Shown here piece by piece: positions 27,593 through 41,984 of a stretch of 64,000 nt of DNA (position 1 is the stretch's first letter; each line of letters opens with the position of its first letter). Location of the stretch: NCBI RefSeq assembly GCF_009914755.1, contig NC_060942.1, one strand, 5' to 3'. Source of the stretch: the human T2T-CHM13v2.0 reference genome, Homo sapiens. The notes beneath the pieces were generated by a model. The model ran no database searches. It had not been told where the DNA came from and saw only the letters and a program-made list of their open reading frames with translations. Made by a program: the position numbers and the translations under genes.

Positions 27593-29287
27593 TGGGTGGT
27601 AACATGACTAAAGGATAAACCTGTTTCCGTGGAAACTTCCTGTAAATTTATGAGATGATCACAGAGAACGCTGTTGTAAAACTCATCATTTGAAGAGAGT
27701 GATTATTTGTCCACTGTGAAAGAACATATTGGGATGGGTGCCTCTGTAGGAAGAACACCCTGTGTCTTTTGGATTACTCATTGAAAAGTCAACCCACTTC
27801 AATGACTTCTAGAGATAATTTAATCACATGCCTTGAAACTCTATTTTTTTGTAGTCTCAAATAGACATATTTATAATAATATATGCAACATATATACAGT
27901 TCACCATTTCTTATCTATGCAGATTTTTAAAGACTCATAGAGCTTAATCTATTTTCCGATTGAAAGGGATCTTTGATGTTAGCCGGTCTTTTCACCTAAC
28001 CTACACAGATGATTCCTCTATACCGTTCATGCCAGATAATAATCCATTTTCAGATCCAATCACCCATCTATCCATATTTTATATCCTTCATAGGCATTCT
28101 TTCAAATTTTGAATATCACAACTCACAAGATGAACATTTTTCCCCCTAAATTGCGCTCAAAAGTTTCCCTATAACTTTCAAACATAAATATTACCTTTGA
28201 GACCCATGAGACATAGGTGTGAGGTAGTTATCACATTTTGAACAACAATAAATCCTAAAGTAAACATTTCTTCTTATTTGGCATTACATCTTTGTCAGCC
28301 TCTTCTAGGTGGTTACTCTCCTCACTAATAAGAGTCAGGAAAGAACAGACTGTGCCTTTTGCATTTTGATTGGTGCAGCTTCCTATAAAACTAAAATCTT
28401 TTTTTGCATTGTTACTCCACTAACTTTAATACAGGCTAATGTTGTTTAAGATTATTTTTATCAGTCATAATCAAAGTATTGACTCACATTGAGTTTGAAT
28501 GAAATAAGACCACAGGACCGTCCTAGGCATCAGGGTTCCTCTATGTTATTGATTTTTGAAATATAATGCTTTTATCATATGTCTCTATTATATTTTATGG
28601 TATACTTTTGATTAAAAATTACAGATTTTTGTTATTTATTAAAATCTGGACTGTATCATTTAATATATTAGCTTGCCCTTCCAAATTTTTATCATTTAAA
28701 TTAAATACGAGTTCTTGGTATGTTATTCCCGAAGACAGATAAGAATACTGAATAAATATAGAACCCTGAAATTCCCTCACTGAAGGAATGATTCATTGAA
28801 TTGGGTAGATCAATCAGCAGTGAGCCACCAAGGGTGTTGTCTTGTAGCCTGAGTCTCATATGCTTGTCAATAAAATGAAAAAATTTTCCTCAAGTATTTT
28901 GCTGAGATAAAAATGCACTACCTCTAACATTTTAATCAACTACTGAACCAAATACATAACAGCATACTGTTTTAATCTGACATAAAGCTGGGAGAGATGT
29001 TTGACATGCTAGATGATGGTGTCAAGACTTAGAAAGACTGAGTGACATTCAGTATTTCTGTGTCATAAAATTCCCCAACTGGGTAATTAAAAGGGAATTT
29101 AAAGCCCAAACGATTTATTCGTTATGCAAAATAACTGTCTAACACACTTAACATTTACGAATTTAAAACAGTATTGGCTCCTCTGCTGCTGACAATAAGA
29201 GAAATCACTGAAATTTCAAAAATATTGTATTGTCTTTTCTAAGAATACAAAAATGCATAGTTGTGAAATACAAGGTGCTTATTTCTT

Positions 29288-30432
<1,145 letters not shown>

Positions 30433-31130
30433 ACAAGGTACTTATTTCTTAAATTTCTCAGAATCCTTTTTCACTTGCATAAATTTGTAACACATGAAAT
30501 ATTCAGGGTTTCTAACAAATATTCAGAATATATCTATTGGTATGAATCATTATTTATTAGAACATAACTTTCTGAAGTTTCTGTGATTTGCCCTTGACTC
30601 TGGATATCACCCATTGTGCTGTTTTAAACATTTTCTGAAACTTTTCTCATTTACAATCTACCCAAGCAATTCTCTCTCCTTACCTACTTTAATTGGAACT
30701 CTGAAGTCAGAAACCTATTTGAAATAAATGGGACTGCAAAAGAAGCTTACTAAAAAGAACCTACCAAATATTTTTATGCAGGTTTTTAAAGATTTAAACC
30801 CAAACTTCATCAGAAGCTGCTGCATCAGTTCCACAGGCTTCCTAAGAGCTAAATTGAAGACAGATGAAATTCATCATTTCCCAGTTGAATAGTGTGAACT
30901 GTCTTAAGAAAGGCTATGGTGCATATGTTGAAATAAGAAAGCAAAATGTAATATGTAACTCTTTCCTGTCATGGATCAAAATGAGAAAAAGAGGACCTTA
31001 GTGGTTTAAACAACATATTAGAGAATAGCCTGCTGTGCTCACTGTGTGAAGAAAACACCATTAACAGCTTATGAAACTGGCATCATATGGCATATACGAA
31101 GGAAAAATAGTCAAGTGCAGAGAATCTTAC

Positions 31131-31359
31131 GTTCTTGAAAGGATGTGAAGAGCATCTGAAATCGGCTGTTTCGACTGCCCTCATCTGCCCACATGCGGAT
31201 CACCCCAAGACCCGTGCGTAGCATGACATCATTAGCCACAGTGCTACAGAACTTAGCTTTCAAATCCTCCACGGAACTGCTTCCATCATACACAGCCACA
31301 AAATTCCTCTTGCACTCATTTGAATTCTGCATCTCATAGTCCAAGAATCGTAAGTAAAT
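31131..31359 (-). CDS. NETO1: NETO1 229-nt coding exon (probably exon 7), C-terminal part of CUB2
   Basis: ttgttttatag|ATTTACTTACGA...TTTCAAGAAC|gtaaga. Encodes [26 protein letters not shown]...FCSTV...[10 protein letters not shown] with CUB motifs. Phase 0-1. Confidence 0.97.
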
Positions 31360-32995
31360 CTATAAAACAAAAATAAAATAATTTCCACATATCAAAATAT
31401 GAATGTACATCAGTATCAGAACTCCTTTTCTCTTTTTCAGTCTCACAAGACAATCTTGATTGCAATCAATCTTATTATTTTCCCTTGTGAATAGAAAGAA
31501 GATGTACGATAAGAACAAACTGTGTTTAATATTTTTTTTCAAATGCTATTATCCTTTCTTTACTTAAATGCACCATTTTCTAGAGCTGAGTATTTTTACC
31601 CAAATTCGCTTTATGTCTTCTCATAACTTACTGGAAATCAGTTACTAGTTTTGCATACTTACACACTGTTTTACTTTGATTAGCAAATGTATTTTAAGTA
31701 TTCCTGATACATTCTTGTTTCAGTTCGATGGCTTCCTTTTACTTCCAAAAATGTACAAAAATATGTGATTTTTATTAATACCAAAGAAAAACAAAAATGA
31801 TACTGAAAGACAGTCTCTCTGATTTGTTTAATCAAATTATTTAACATAAATACACTGCTTCATTTTTGAGTCGAAGTATAATTTTTTATAAAAAGGCCAA
31901 GCTAGTCTCTGTCCATTCATGCCATATATAGACAAGCCATTTAGCTAAGCTACATAAATAAAAATTATGAGTAAAATGTACTGTGCAACTTGCTTTATAT
32001 GTTATTTTGTAACACTTCCAACAACTCTATAAAGTGGCCCATTTTATTGTCATATTCAGATGAAGAAGCTCAGACTCAGATGGTATAAATTGAAAATTAG
32101 ACATGAGCATCCTCACTTCCTAGTCCATAATTCTTTCACAACATTATGCTGCCTTAGGTGTACTGCTTTTCCATCAACAGACATTATTTGACTCTTTACT
32201 AATGTGCATTCAAAATCACAAGAATTCATTCAACCAAATACAAGTCTATAAAGAAATAATTTGTTCATGCGTCCATCGATTCAGTGGCATCCACAGCTTG
32301 TCCTGTGATTGTTGCAGACACTGTTCAAGGCGTTGTGGATATCACAGTGAACAAAAGAATGAGGGCCAGTGCCGAAAATGTATGTCAATTAAACCATGAC
32401 AATAAGATACAATGTCAAAGAGTGGAAATTATATAAAGCCAAAAGACCCATGCACTTTGAGAGGGATACCTAGAATGGTTTCCTAATAAAGACACATCTT
32501 TCATACAGATATCTCCTGAATATTTTACATTTTATTTTAATATGAATGCCTATACGCTATTTCCTCTTAAATGCATTTCTCTTAATTTAACATGGATATA
32601 AACTAAAGACATGGCATTCAAGCAAACATCCATCTCTTTCATCATTCTGTATGTATTTTTTTCTTATTTCGTAAAATCTGAAACTGATACGACAATTTCT
32701 TCCAGATCCAGTACGTCTATCCTAAATATTATAATCTCACTATTTAAATTAGTGAAAATGTATCTCTTGTCCTCCATGTTCGTACTCAACAGGGCACGAG
32801 TTCCTGTCAATTTCACCTTCAAACTAGTTGTTTTCCATGTCCATTCACATTTCTATAATATTTCAACACTCTCCTGACCAGCCTGGATAGTTGCAAAGTA
32901 CAGATTCTCCTTACAGCCCCAAAGTTTACTCTAATAAAAACTAGTTTACTCCAGCCAAAGTTATATTTCTAAGAAACAAATCTAATAATCACAGT

Positions 32996-33114
32996 CTTTT
33001 TTTCATTATACTTTAAGTTTTAGGGTACATGTGCACAATGTGCAGGTTTGTTACATATGTATACATGTGCCATGTTGGTGTGCTGCACCCATTAACTCGT
33101 CATTTAACGTTAGG
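32996..33114 (-). mobile_element. Short young L1PA 3'-terminal fragment
   Basis: ttatactttaagttttagggtacatgtgcacaatgtgcaggtttgttacatatgtatacatgtgccatgttggtgtgctgcacccattaactcgtcattta. Confidence 0.93.
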
Positions 33115-34318
33115 CATAGCTGAAATTTGTAACTGGTGTATAATTTTTAAAAAGTCTAAAAACATCAACTAGCAAATTTACATCCTTCTTATCTCCCAAC
33201 ATTATAACCATTTTCAAAAAATCCACCCTTTATGAACATGACATTAGCTTCACATTCTCCATCTTCTGTCTAGGAACCTCTTCCTGATTTGTCAAGACAG
33301 TTCAACGGTTGCACATCCAATGAAAGGTTTTCACTGCTCCCACTCCCCAATCGCAGCAGACTTAATCTCTACAGCCTCCATGTGATTTTGAACATATTTA
33401 AAGCCATAGTTATAGGTTATATGTCCCTTCTAATAAATTTGTGTTCTCGAAAAGCTGAATCAGTGGTATATATTTTTGTATTCTAAGCATTAATATATAT
33501 TTTACACATAGTAAACACTCCAGAAATGTTTGTGAATGATTAACTGGAAGTTTCATTTTCTTTATTGAATTCCTTTGTTCAGCATTCATATTTATCATGC
33601 ACCTATATGACAGACATTTAAGCGTTATAAATAATGATAATTACATAGAATAGTCTTATTTTATTATATACAGTGGAAATTATATGCAATAATTCTCAGA
33701 ACAAGGTATAGCATAGATCTAAATTATGACATAAAAGGACAAGACGAAATGTTGCAGACTTGTAAGATGCTGAAAATAGAATGTGAAGTTCTAAATGAGG
33801 AAATCCAGACACAATTTGATGAGAAAGAACAAAATCAGAGAAATGTGGACAAATGAATCAAACTGAACAACAGTGGAAAGCACTTGAGTTGTAGTATGCT
33901 TTGCAAGGTAGGACGATTTTCATACATGAGCAATTTGTAGCACTGAAGTTGGAAGTCATTCTAAAATTTCCAAATACTTTGATGCTGATTTAAATTACCT
34001 GCCATTGCTACAGCCTTATGAGAGACATATGCCCCAACGAGGCCTTCATTTTCGGTATGCCCAGGTTATTCCTTTGTTTTATTTTATCTAAAACTCAGAT
34101 ATTACTCATGCAGTCCATCTGTGATTTCTCCTCCCAACACAATATTTCATTTCTAAAATTATTCAGAGAATTTCAGAAATATCCAGTTTAAGAAGGTATA
34201 TATGCATCTAAAAATGTTAAACTTCCAAGTTTATACTAACTCGTTTGTTTTTTCAATGTTAACATGACTTAAAAAAAAAAGATTTTTTTTTCAGATGACC
34301 TTTATTAGAAAGCTGGAG

Positions 34319-34386
34319 GTTGCGCCACTGCACTCCAGCCTGGGCGACAGAGCGAGACCCCATCTCCAAAACAAACAAACAAAAAA
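34319..34386 (+). mobile_element. Severely 5'-truncated Alu (about 45 nt plus tail)
   Basis: gcgccactgcactccagcctgggcgacagagcgagacccc plus A-rich tail; TSD-like aaagctggag / aaggctggag. Confidence 0.88.
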
Positions 34387-34509
34387 GGCTGGAGCAAAGA
34401 AGAAAAAAAATAATAACTTGCTCCAGGATCATAAGTGAATTAATGTGGAAACCTTAAAAAGGATTAAAATTTCCCACTCTGGATTTAAATTTCTTTTCAT
34501 CAGGTCACA

Positions 34510-34577
34510 ACAGTGTTTTCAGTTTGTTTACTTTTGTTTACTTTTTTGACTAAAAGTAAACAAACTGAAAACACTGT
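34510..34577. repeat. Perfect 26-bp inverted repeat with 16-nt spacer
   Basis: acagtgttttcagtttgtttactttt (34510-34535) is the exact reverse complement of aaaagtaaacaaactgaaaacactgt (34552-34577). Confidence 0.95.
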
Positions 34578-36654
34578 AAAAATCAAAGCTAAAATCTAGG
34601 TATTATACAAACATGTTAAGTGGAACAAAAATTCAAATATGTACTTATACTCTAAAAATTCTATGCAATAAATTCAACAAGTTAATCAGCTCTCAAAAAA
34701 GATGCAATTATAATTGGAAGTAAACATTGTCACAAGCAGGAGAACACAGATTAGGGTAAGTAAAGAGTGCGTTCCACTCCTTTGAAGTGTAATACAAAAT
34801 GACACGTCTCTCCCAATAGTCTTACAAAGTTATAAAAACCAAGTACTAAGCCCACGGGATGAAAAATATTTAAATAATTGTTTGGCTAATACAAAAAAAA
34901 GCTATTAGACCACCTGATGTTTTCAAGTTGAAATGTTTCAGTGGCTCAAGGTGTTTCAACAAATATTTAAAATTTCTAACATTGCATGTAGAAACACACC
35001 TTAAAATACTAATTTATTGTTAGGAAAAGAAAGTTTGCGTGTTATATTGACGATAGCTTAAGACACTGCTAATGCATTATTTCATATCTCTCAACAACAA
35101 TAGATACTTGTTATAATCATTTAAGATGAAGAGAACTGAAGTTTATAAAAATTAAGTAACTTTCTCAGAGTGACACAGTAATGTCACTGAAGTAACGGAC
35201 TGGTACCGAAGTCAGATGTGCCTAACACCCGGATACTCATCACACTATGCAGCCTTATGTAATGCTTTTAAATGCTCACAGAGTTATAGCCCAGAAAGAA
35301 AGTTATATTCTTAAAGAAAACAATCAAAAACAAAATGAGTAATCAAATAAATAAGCAAAGCAAAACTATCCACTTCTTCTAATGAGCTAGAAAAGATGTT
35401 GACTATCAAGTTATAAATAAAATTTATAGAAAATAAACGTGTCCCTCAAAAATAAATGGCTGTTTTAAATTCTTTAAAAATAGAAATATTTCACATAAGA
35501 ATATTGCTATAGTTAGAAAGTCAATTTGCATATTGGCCCTATATTTTTTTCATTTGACAGTTCTATATTTTCCACAAGAGGTGACTGTCTTGCATTTGTA
35601 CATGAAGTGCAATCACTGCTACCTAAGTATCTTCTATAAAGGACCTTCTTATTAAATAGAACACTAATTAGAGAGTAAGTGAATCACTGCCGTCACTAGA
35701 TCCCAGGTAATCACGTCTGAAGCATTCAGTAGTGTTTACCTATGATCTAGTGATGGCAATGATTTTTTATCATATAGAAAAAGAGAATATACTTTACTGG
35801 GTCCAGAGCTGTCAGTACAAAAGCCAAATTCCATTATCCAGAAAACGTGATCACGCTTTCCCATACTAACTCTAGTATATGTCATGTAAAATCTCTCTAT
35901 ATATTATGATTTGAGTGACTATCTCATTAGCTTAAATCTTGTACCACAATAATACTAATAGAAAGAATTATTTAATGTAGCAAACTACAGAAAGCTCTTT
36001 AGTCACTTACTGAAAAAAAAAGAGAAAATGATAAACAGAGTAATACATAACACTAGTAAAATAGATTATCATCTCTTCTCAGTGAATCATTTTGATGCAT
36101 TCTTTTTAATCAATCATAAAGAGTTGGAGCTGACAAGATAATTTATTGAGCAGGACATGGAAAACTTCAAAACATATAAATAATTTCTAGTAATATCTAT
36201 TTTTCAAATCACATGGAAAGCAGAACCCCTTTTTATATGCAAAGCAAATAAATCTAGCTAACAATTTACTAAGTAATATATTCACAAACAAAATTTAATA
36301 CCACCTGCTCAACCAGGTCCCTCTCCCCTCATATCAAAATGATATACAGAAAATAGACATTATTTGAGGCAATTATTTACCACTTGCCAGAACAGTTTTC
36401 TCCTTAATAAGTAAAAATTAAATCTGTCACAGTCTGAGAAATGCTGTACATGGTTTCAATACTACTAGACACCTTTATAAATAAAATCAAATTCTACAAA
36501 ATATGTAGCCCAGGATTTCTGAATTTTCTATTTTATTATTGACCAGACATGTCAGGTTTATAAACTTATGTAGAATATTCCGTTTGGACGGTATCAATGT
36601 TCCCTTTATTTTTGGAGAAGGAACCAGAACATCTTAATGCTTTATAAAATATTA

Positions 36655-36663
36655 ACACACAAG

Positions 36664-36690
<27 letters not shown>
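36655..36690. repeat. (CA)n microsatellite
   Basis: Seen directly. Confidence 0.95.
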
Positions 36691-36694
<4 letters not shown>

Positions 36695-36979
36695 ACAGCA
36701 CAATTCCTGATATAACAATAAAAAATAATTTTCTGGCATATATAAACAAGTACCAAAATATTTAAAGTCCACCTGAGTAGCTGTTGAAAATATGAGAGTA
36801 TAAAAATGCCATTTTAAAACTTGAACTGTACAATTTTTTTGGTATTTACCTACCTATTTAAAATTTTTACTTCGTTTATCAAATTTTATTCTTACTTTTT
36901 GGAGATAAAAGCAGGCTCAATCTTCAGAACCCTTGATGCTTATCTCTGTAATCAATTACAGTTACTACACTTGGTTTAT

Positions 36980-37410
36980 TGCATTAATATTCTATTGCTC
37001 GGTAACAAATCACCACAATTTTAGCAGCTTTAAATAACACCCATGTACTATCTACTATTAATAGTTCTGTAGGTAGGAAGTACTGGGTTCTTTGGTGAGG
37101 GCAGATGAGGGTGAAAATCCAGTTTCTCACAGTTCTGGGACCAAGGTCTGTATTTTCTTGAGGACTGCTTACTGGGGTCACCCTCACTCCTAGAACACAT
37201 TTCTTAATCCCCTGATTCTCTTACTTCCCCTTTCATTCATGTCTAAAGAATCTGCTCCACTTTTAAAGGGCTCGTGTGCTTAGATTACGCTCACCTGGAT
37301 AGTCTACCTTTTGATTAATCCAAAGTCACCTGACTGGTAACCTTAATCACATAGGCACATTTATCATATTCACAATCCCAGCAATTGGGGCTGGAAATCT
37401 GTGTTCATTA
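36980..37410 (-). mobile_element. MaLR LTR (MLT1E-like), decayed
   Basis: 'ttctattgctcggtaacaaatcaccacaattttagcagctttaaa...ttttaaagggctcgtgtgcttagatt...aaccttaatcacat'. Confidence 0.72.
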
Positions 37411-37659
37411 GATAAGTAACTTTAATACTTTTATCACCACTTTACTGTAAGAGACTATTTGTCAAGTGTTTATATTTTTTATTTTAATTTGACTGAAAGT
37501 ATTTTTGAATTAGTTAACCACAAATTGAGTCAACTTTAAATATGAAATGAGTAAACTGTGTAAGCTAGAGTTTTATTATCCAAAAACATTAAACATTAAA
37601 TTACCTTCATTTATGTATTTTATACATATTTTGACTCTGTCCCGTATCCCGTCCTAGCA

Positions 37660-37790
37660 AGTGATAAGAATGTGAAGTGATAGATTTGTTAATTAGCTTG
37701 ATTTAATCATTCCATGATGGAAACATCACACCGTACCCCATAAATATAAACAAGTATTATTTGTCAATTAAAAATAAATTTTAAAAATAT
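37660..37790 (+). mobile_element. L1MA-type 3' terminus
   Basis: 'gttaattagcttgatttaatcattcca...aacatcacaccgtaccccataaatata...tgtcaattaaaaataaa'. Confidence 0.82.
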
Positions 37791-39589
37791 TTTAAAATTA
37801 ATTTTTAAAAACCTTGATCATTTCCTCAAAGAATGTGGTTTTGTGAGAGTGAACTGGGCCAGGAATTGGGAGTTGTTAACCTTGCTCCAGCTCTGTTGCT
37901 AACTAGCCAAATATTTGGGCAAGTCACTTATCATAGATTCATTAAATTTGGTTTTCAGATGACTTTCATGTTATCTGTGCCAAAATATTACTTGACTTTT
38001 AACTATTATACAAAATCTCTGCCAGACTCTGCTTGGATTCCTCCGGTGAAATCTCATTCAATCTCTGTTATTAAAATAAAAGGCTTCTCTGTGTTACATT
38101 AACAGCTATTTCTCTAGTTTCAAACTTTCAAATAAACCGCAGTACTTAAAAGTCTTACTCCTGAAGATTAAGTCTTAATCCTGTTTCATGTGACAGTCCT
38201 TCAAATGTTTGAAGATTGCTGCCATGTCCTTTTTTATTTTAAGAAATAATCCGTTTATTTATTCCATGAGTTTTACTTGAGTCACAGACATTGTGCTTGG
38301 CACTGGGTATCTGGAGATAAATATGGTCCAGCCTTCATGAAATTAATAGTTACCATGATTTGGTCTCCCATCATTTCATTCTGGTGGCTGTTTTCCAGAC
38401 CAGATTATGAATTAGACCCCAGAGTATTTGCTCAGAGAGGCATATGTCTACACTCCTTTGTTAACGCCTATTGAATTGCATTATCCTGACTCAGTTTATT
38501 CATCTTTTAAATGATCTAGTCAGTAACAAGGTTCTTTCTGCCTCTGGTTTTCCGAATTCTATGAAATCTAGATTAATCACATTCTAATTAAAGGGGACCA
38601 TCTAGATTAATATTCTGTAGTAAAGGAGACATCAGATATTATATTTTCTATTTGTCAAAAGCTGGTAAAGCAGTAAATAATGTGTATACATTTTAATAGA
38701 GCCAAGTAAGCTATTCAGCACTTTCTTTGTGCAATATGGTTCAGTCACCAGGTGTCATTCAAATATTCACCACGAGCCATTTCAAGTTTAACTTGTGCTT
38801 TGATAGTCTATTCTCATAAGCTGCTAGGAACTCTATAAAAATAGAAAGTCCACATAGGCAGTAATCTCCAGTCCGTGCTTTTCTCCACAGTATTCAAAGC
38901 CACTTCCCATCCTCTAACCTTTAATTTAACAGAGAAAGCCTGTTACAATAGAGCCATCTTTGTCCAGCTCTGCAGGCAGCTTCCCCTTTGGGTCACAGAA
39001 TGCCAAATTCTGTAACAGACAGGTACATCGGTTATTGTTGCTCTGGGATTGTACAAAAGACAGTCTATTTACCAGCTGGAAGAAAAGGGTGTGCATTTAC
39101 ACTGTCATGAAAACTTTCTCCTTGAGACTGCAGTGACAAAAGTACTGGTTATGACAGTAAGGTGGGGCACATATAATCCTGTTTTTTAAAAAGTCTTTAA
39201 AAATCTTTCATTCATAGAGTCTAAGAAAAATAAATAGCCCTTGCATGTGAATCCACACCTTACGAAAACAGCATAATAAACTGCAACCTAGCTCTCTTGT
39301 AATACAGGTAGTGGGTTTTTATGGTTTCATGTGAGCAACAGCTTTTGACTTAAAAAAATATAGAAGAAAAATAACTGTCTTTCTTCATAATGCAATTAAC
39401 TTTAAGATTTGTTCAGAGGCAGAGAGAAATGCAAGCATCAAAGCTGGAAGCTGGAGAATGATCTCTGAATCTCTGTAACTGAAAGCTGGGGGAAAGGTGC
39501 CACATTTCCACTTTATGTGCAAGCCTTAGAGATACATTCAAGAAAAAAGTCAAGTGAAGAAAGACCAGTGCCCTCAAAAAAGGTTCTTC

Positions 39590-40625
<1,036 letters not shown>

Positions 40626-41555
40626 GCACACAGTTTCAATCTCAATAAATAAATGACTACAAATCTAGTAAGTCAATATTTTTTCTTATAACTTTGTAAC
40701 TGAGGAATATAAACCAAAACAGGAGAATGAACAAATAACATCTTAGACCTGTGACACCTGCTGGCACAAAATGACTCATCCTCTGTATTTTGGAAAATAT
40801 TTCCATAAACAGAATCACCATAGTTGTGCTATGGAAGTGTTTCCAAAATGGGGTCCTGAGTCAAAATCTAGCCCACAATAGTTTAATACATGTAATACTT
40901 TTAATTTTTATAATGTATTGCCAACTCTCAAAAGTCAGGGTGATCAACATAAAATCTAGACTTTTGGCAAGTTATGAGAAATAATGGAGGGTTTGATAAT
41001 GCTGGACCCACATTTTCTCATAACAGCATCACAAGGAGCTTCATGGGCAGCTAACTCATGCCTGTCTCCTTCAAATGGGCACAGGATCTCCCAGGCCCTG
41101 TTACCATTGCTGCCAGCCCTTACCACACTTGTATTTTACATGCCAGATATTTATGATTTTGTAGGCCCCAGAAAAACGTCTACAGATAGAATTTTAGTTT
41201 ACAAAATAAACCAACTGCAGATATTGACAATAAGAGCGTAAGTGTAGTTACACTAAGAGCCACGGCTCTTGCATACCATTTCAATCCATGTTTCAGAGAG
41301 GTCGACTTACCTTAAAGTCTCTTGTCTAAATTATCAAATGATTTCTTCAACTCACTCTCTAGATTGCTATTTACGACATCAAATTTAGATTGGACAAGAG
41401 AAGACAAGTTACATCTCAAAAACCAAAATGAAATCATAGCCTTTGATGGCTGCACTCTGAAATGTATTAGACACGTCCAGTTGCTTCAAAGCAATGCTTG
41501 TTATAGACACTTCTCAACGTCAGCTGTCAAGTGTGGGTTTCATCTTAAGACTGAC

Positions 41556-41683
41556 CTTGGACCGTGGAGGTGCTCGGATGTACCACTTGCAATCAACAGC
41601 CTCGCTAGCAGTAGCTTTGCCTTCCTTCATAATTTGTATAGACTCCACAATTCCTTCGGAACCGCCCATCTCAAACTCACACG
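41556..41683 (-). CDS. NETO1: NETO1 128-nt coding exon (probably exon 6), N-terminal part of CUB2
   Basis: ttttgttatttag|CGTGTGAG...CGGTCCAAG|gtcagt. Encodes [43 protein letters not shown] (within ORF 41520..41714). Phase 1-0. Confidence 0.96.
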
Positions 41684-41801
41684 CTAAATAACAAAATGCC
41701 AAACAAACACACAAAAACGGAGCTTGAATAATAAACCAAAAGTGTATTTCATAGCAGAAAACAAAGTCTTCTGAACAGTATTAAATATCTATTTTACCAA
41801 C

Positions 41802-41843
41802 CTGGTAATGGTTTCAAAGCTCCAAGGTCCTTAAAGTCAGGAT
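41802..41843 (-). CDS. NETO1: NETO1 42-nt coding exon (probably exon 5), CUB1-CUB2 linker (D)PDFKDLGALKPLP
   Basis: Minus strand reads gactaattgtctttttctcaatttttaag|ATCCTGACTTTAAGGACCTTGGAGCTTTGAAACCATTACCAG|gttggt. Branch-point-like ctaat, polypyrimidine tract, phase 1-1. Not in the ORF track. Confidence 0.93.
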
Positions 41844-41940
41844 CTTAAAAATTGAGAAAAAGACAATTAGTCCCATTCTACATTTATTACTTACAGTGAG
41901 TTTAAGTTATTTATCATTAAGTTTTCCAGAAATCTACCTT

Positions 41941-41984
41941 AAAAAACACATTAGGGAAAAGTAAAAAACACATTAGGGAAAAGT
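41941..41984. repeat. Perfect 22-bp tandem duplication (aaaaaacacattagggaaaagt x2)
   Basis: Seen directly. Confidence 0.95.

Noticed and set aside
41322-41691. Plus-strand ORFs antisense to the NETO1 exon
   Set aside because: Non-ATG or weak starts and no recognisable domain; most likely chance.
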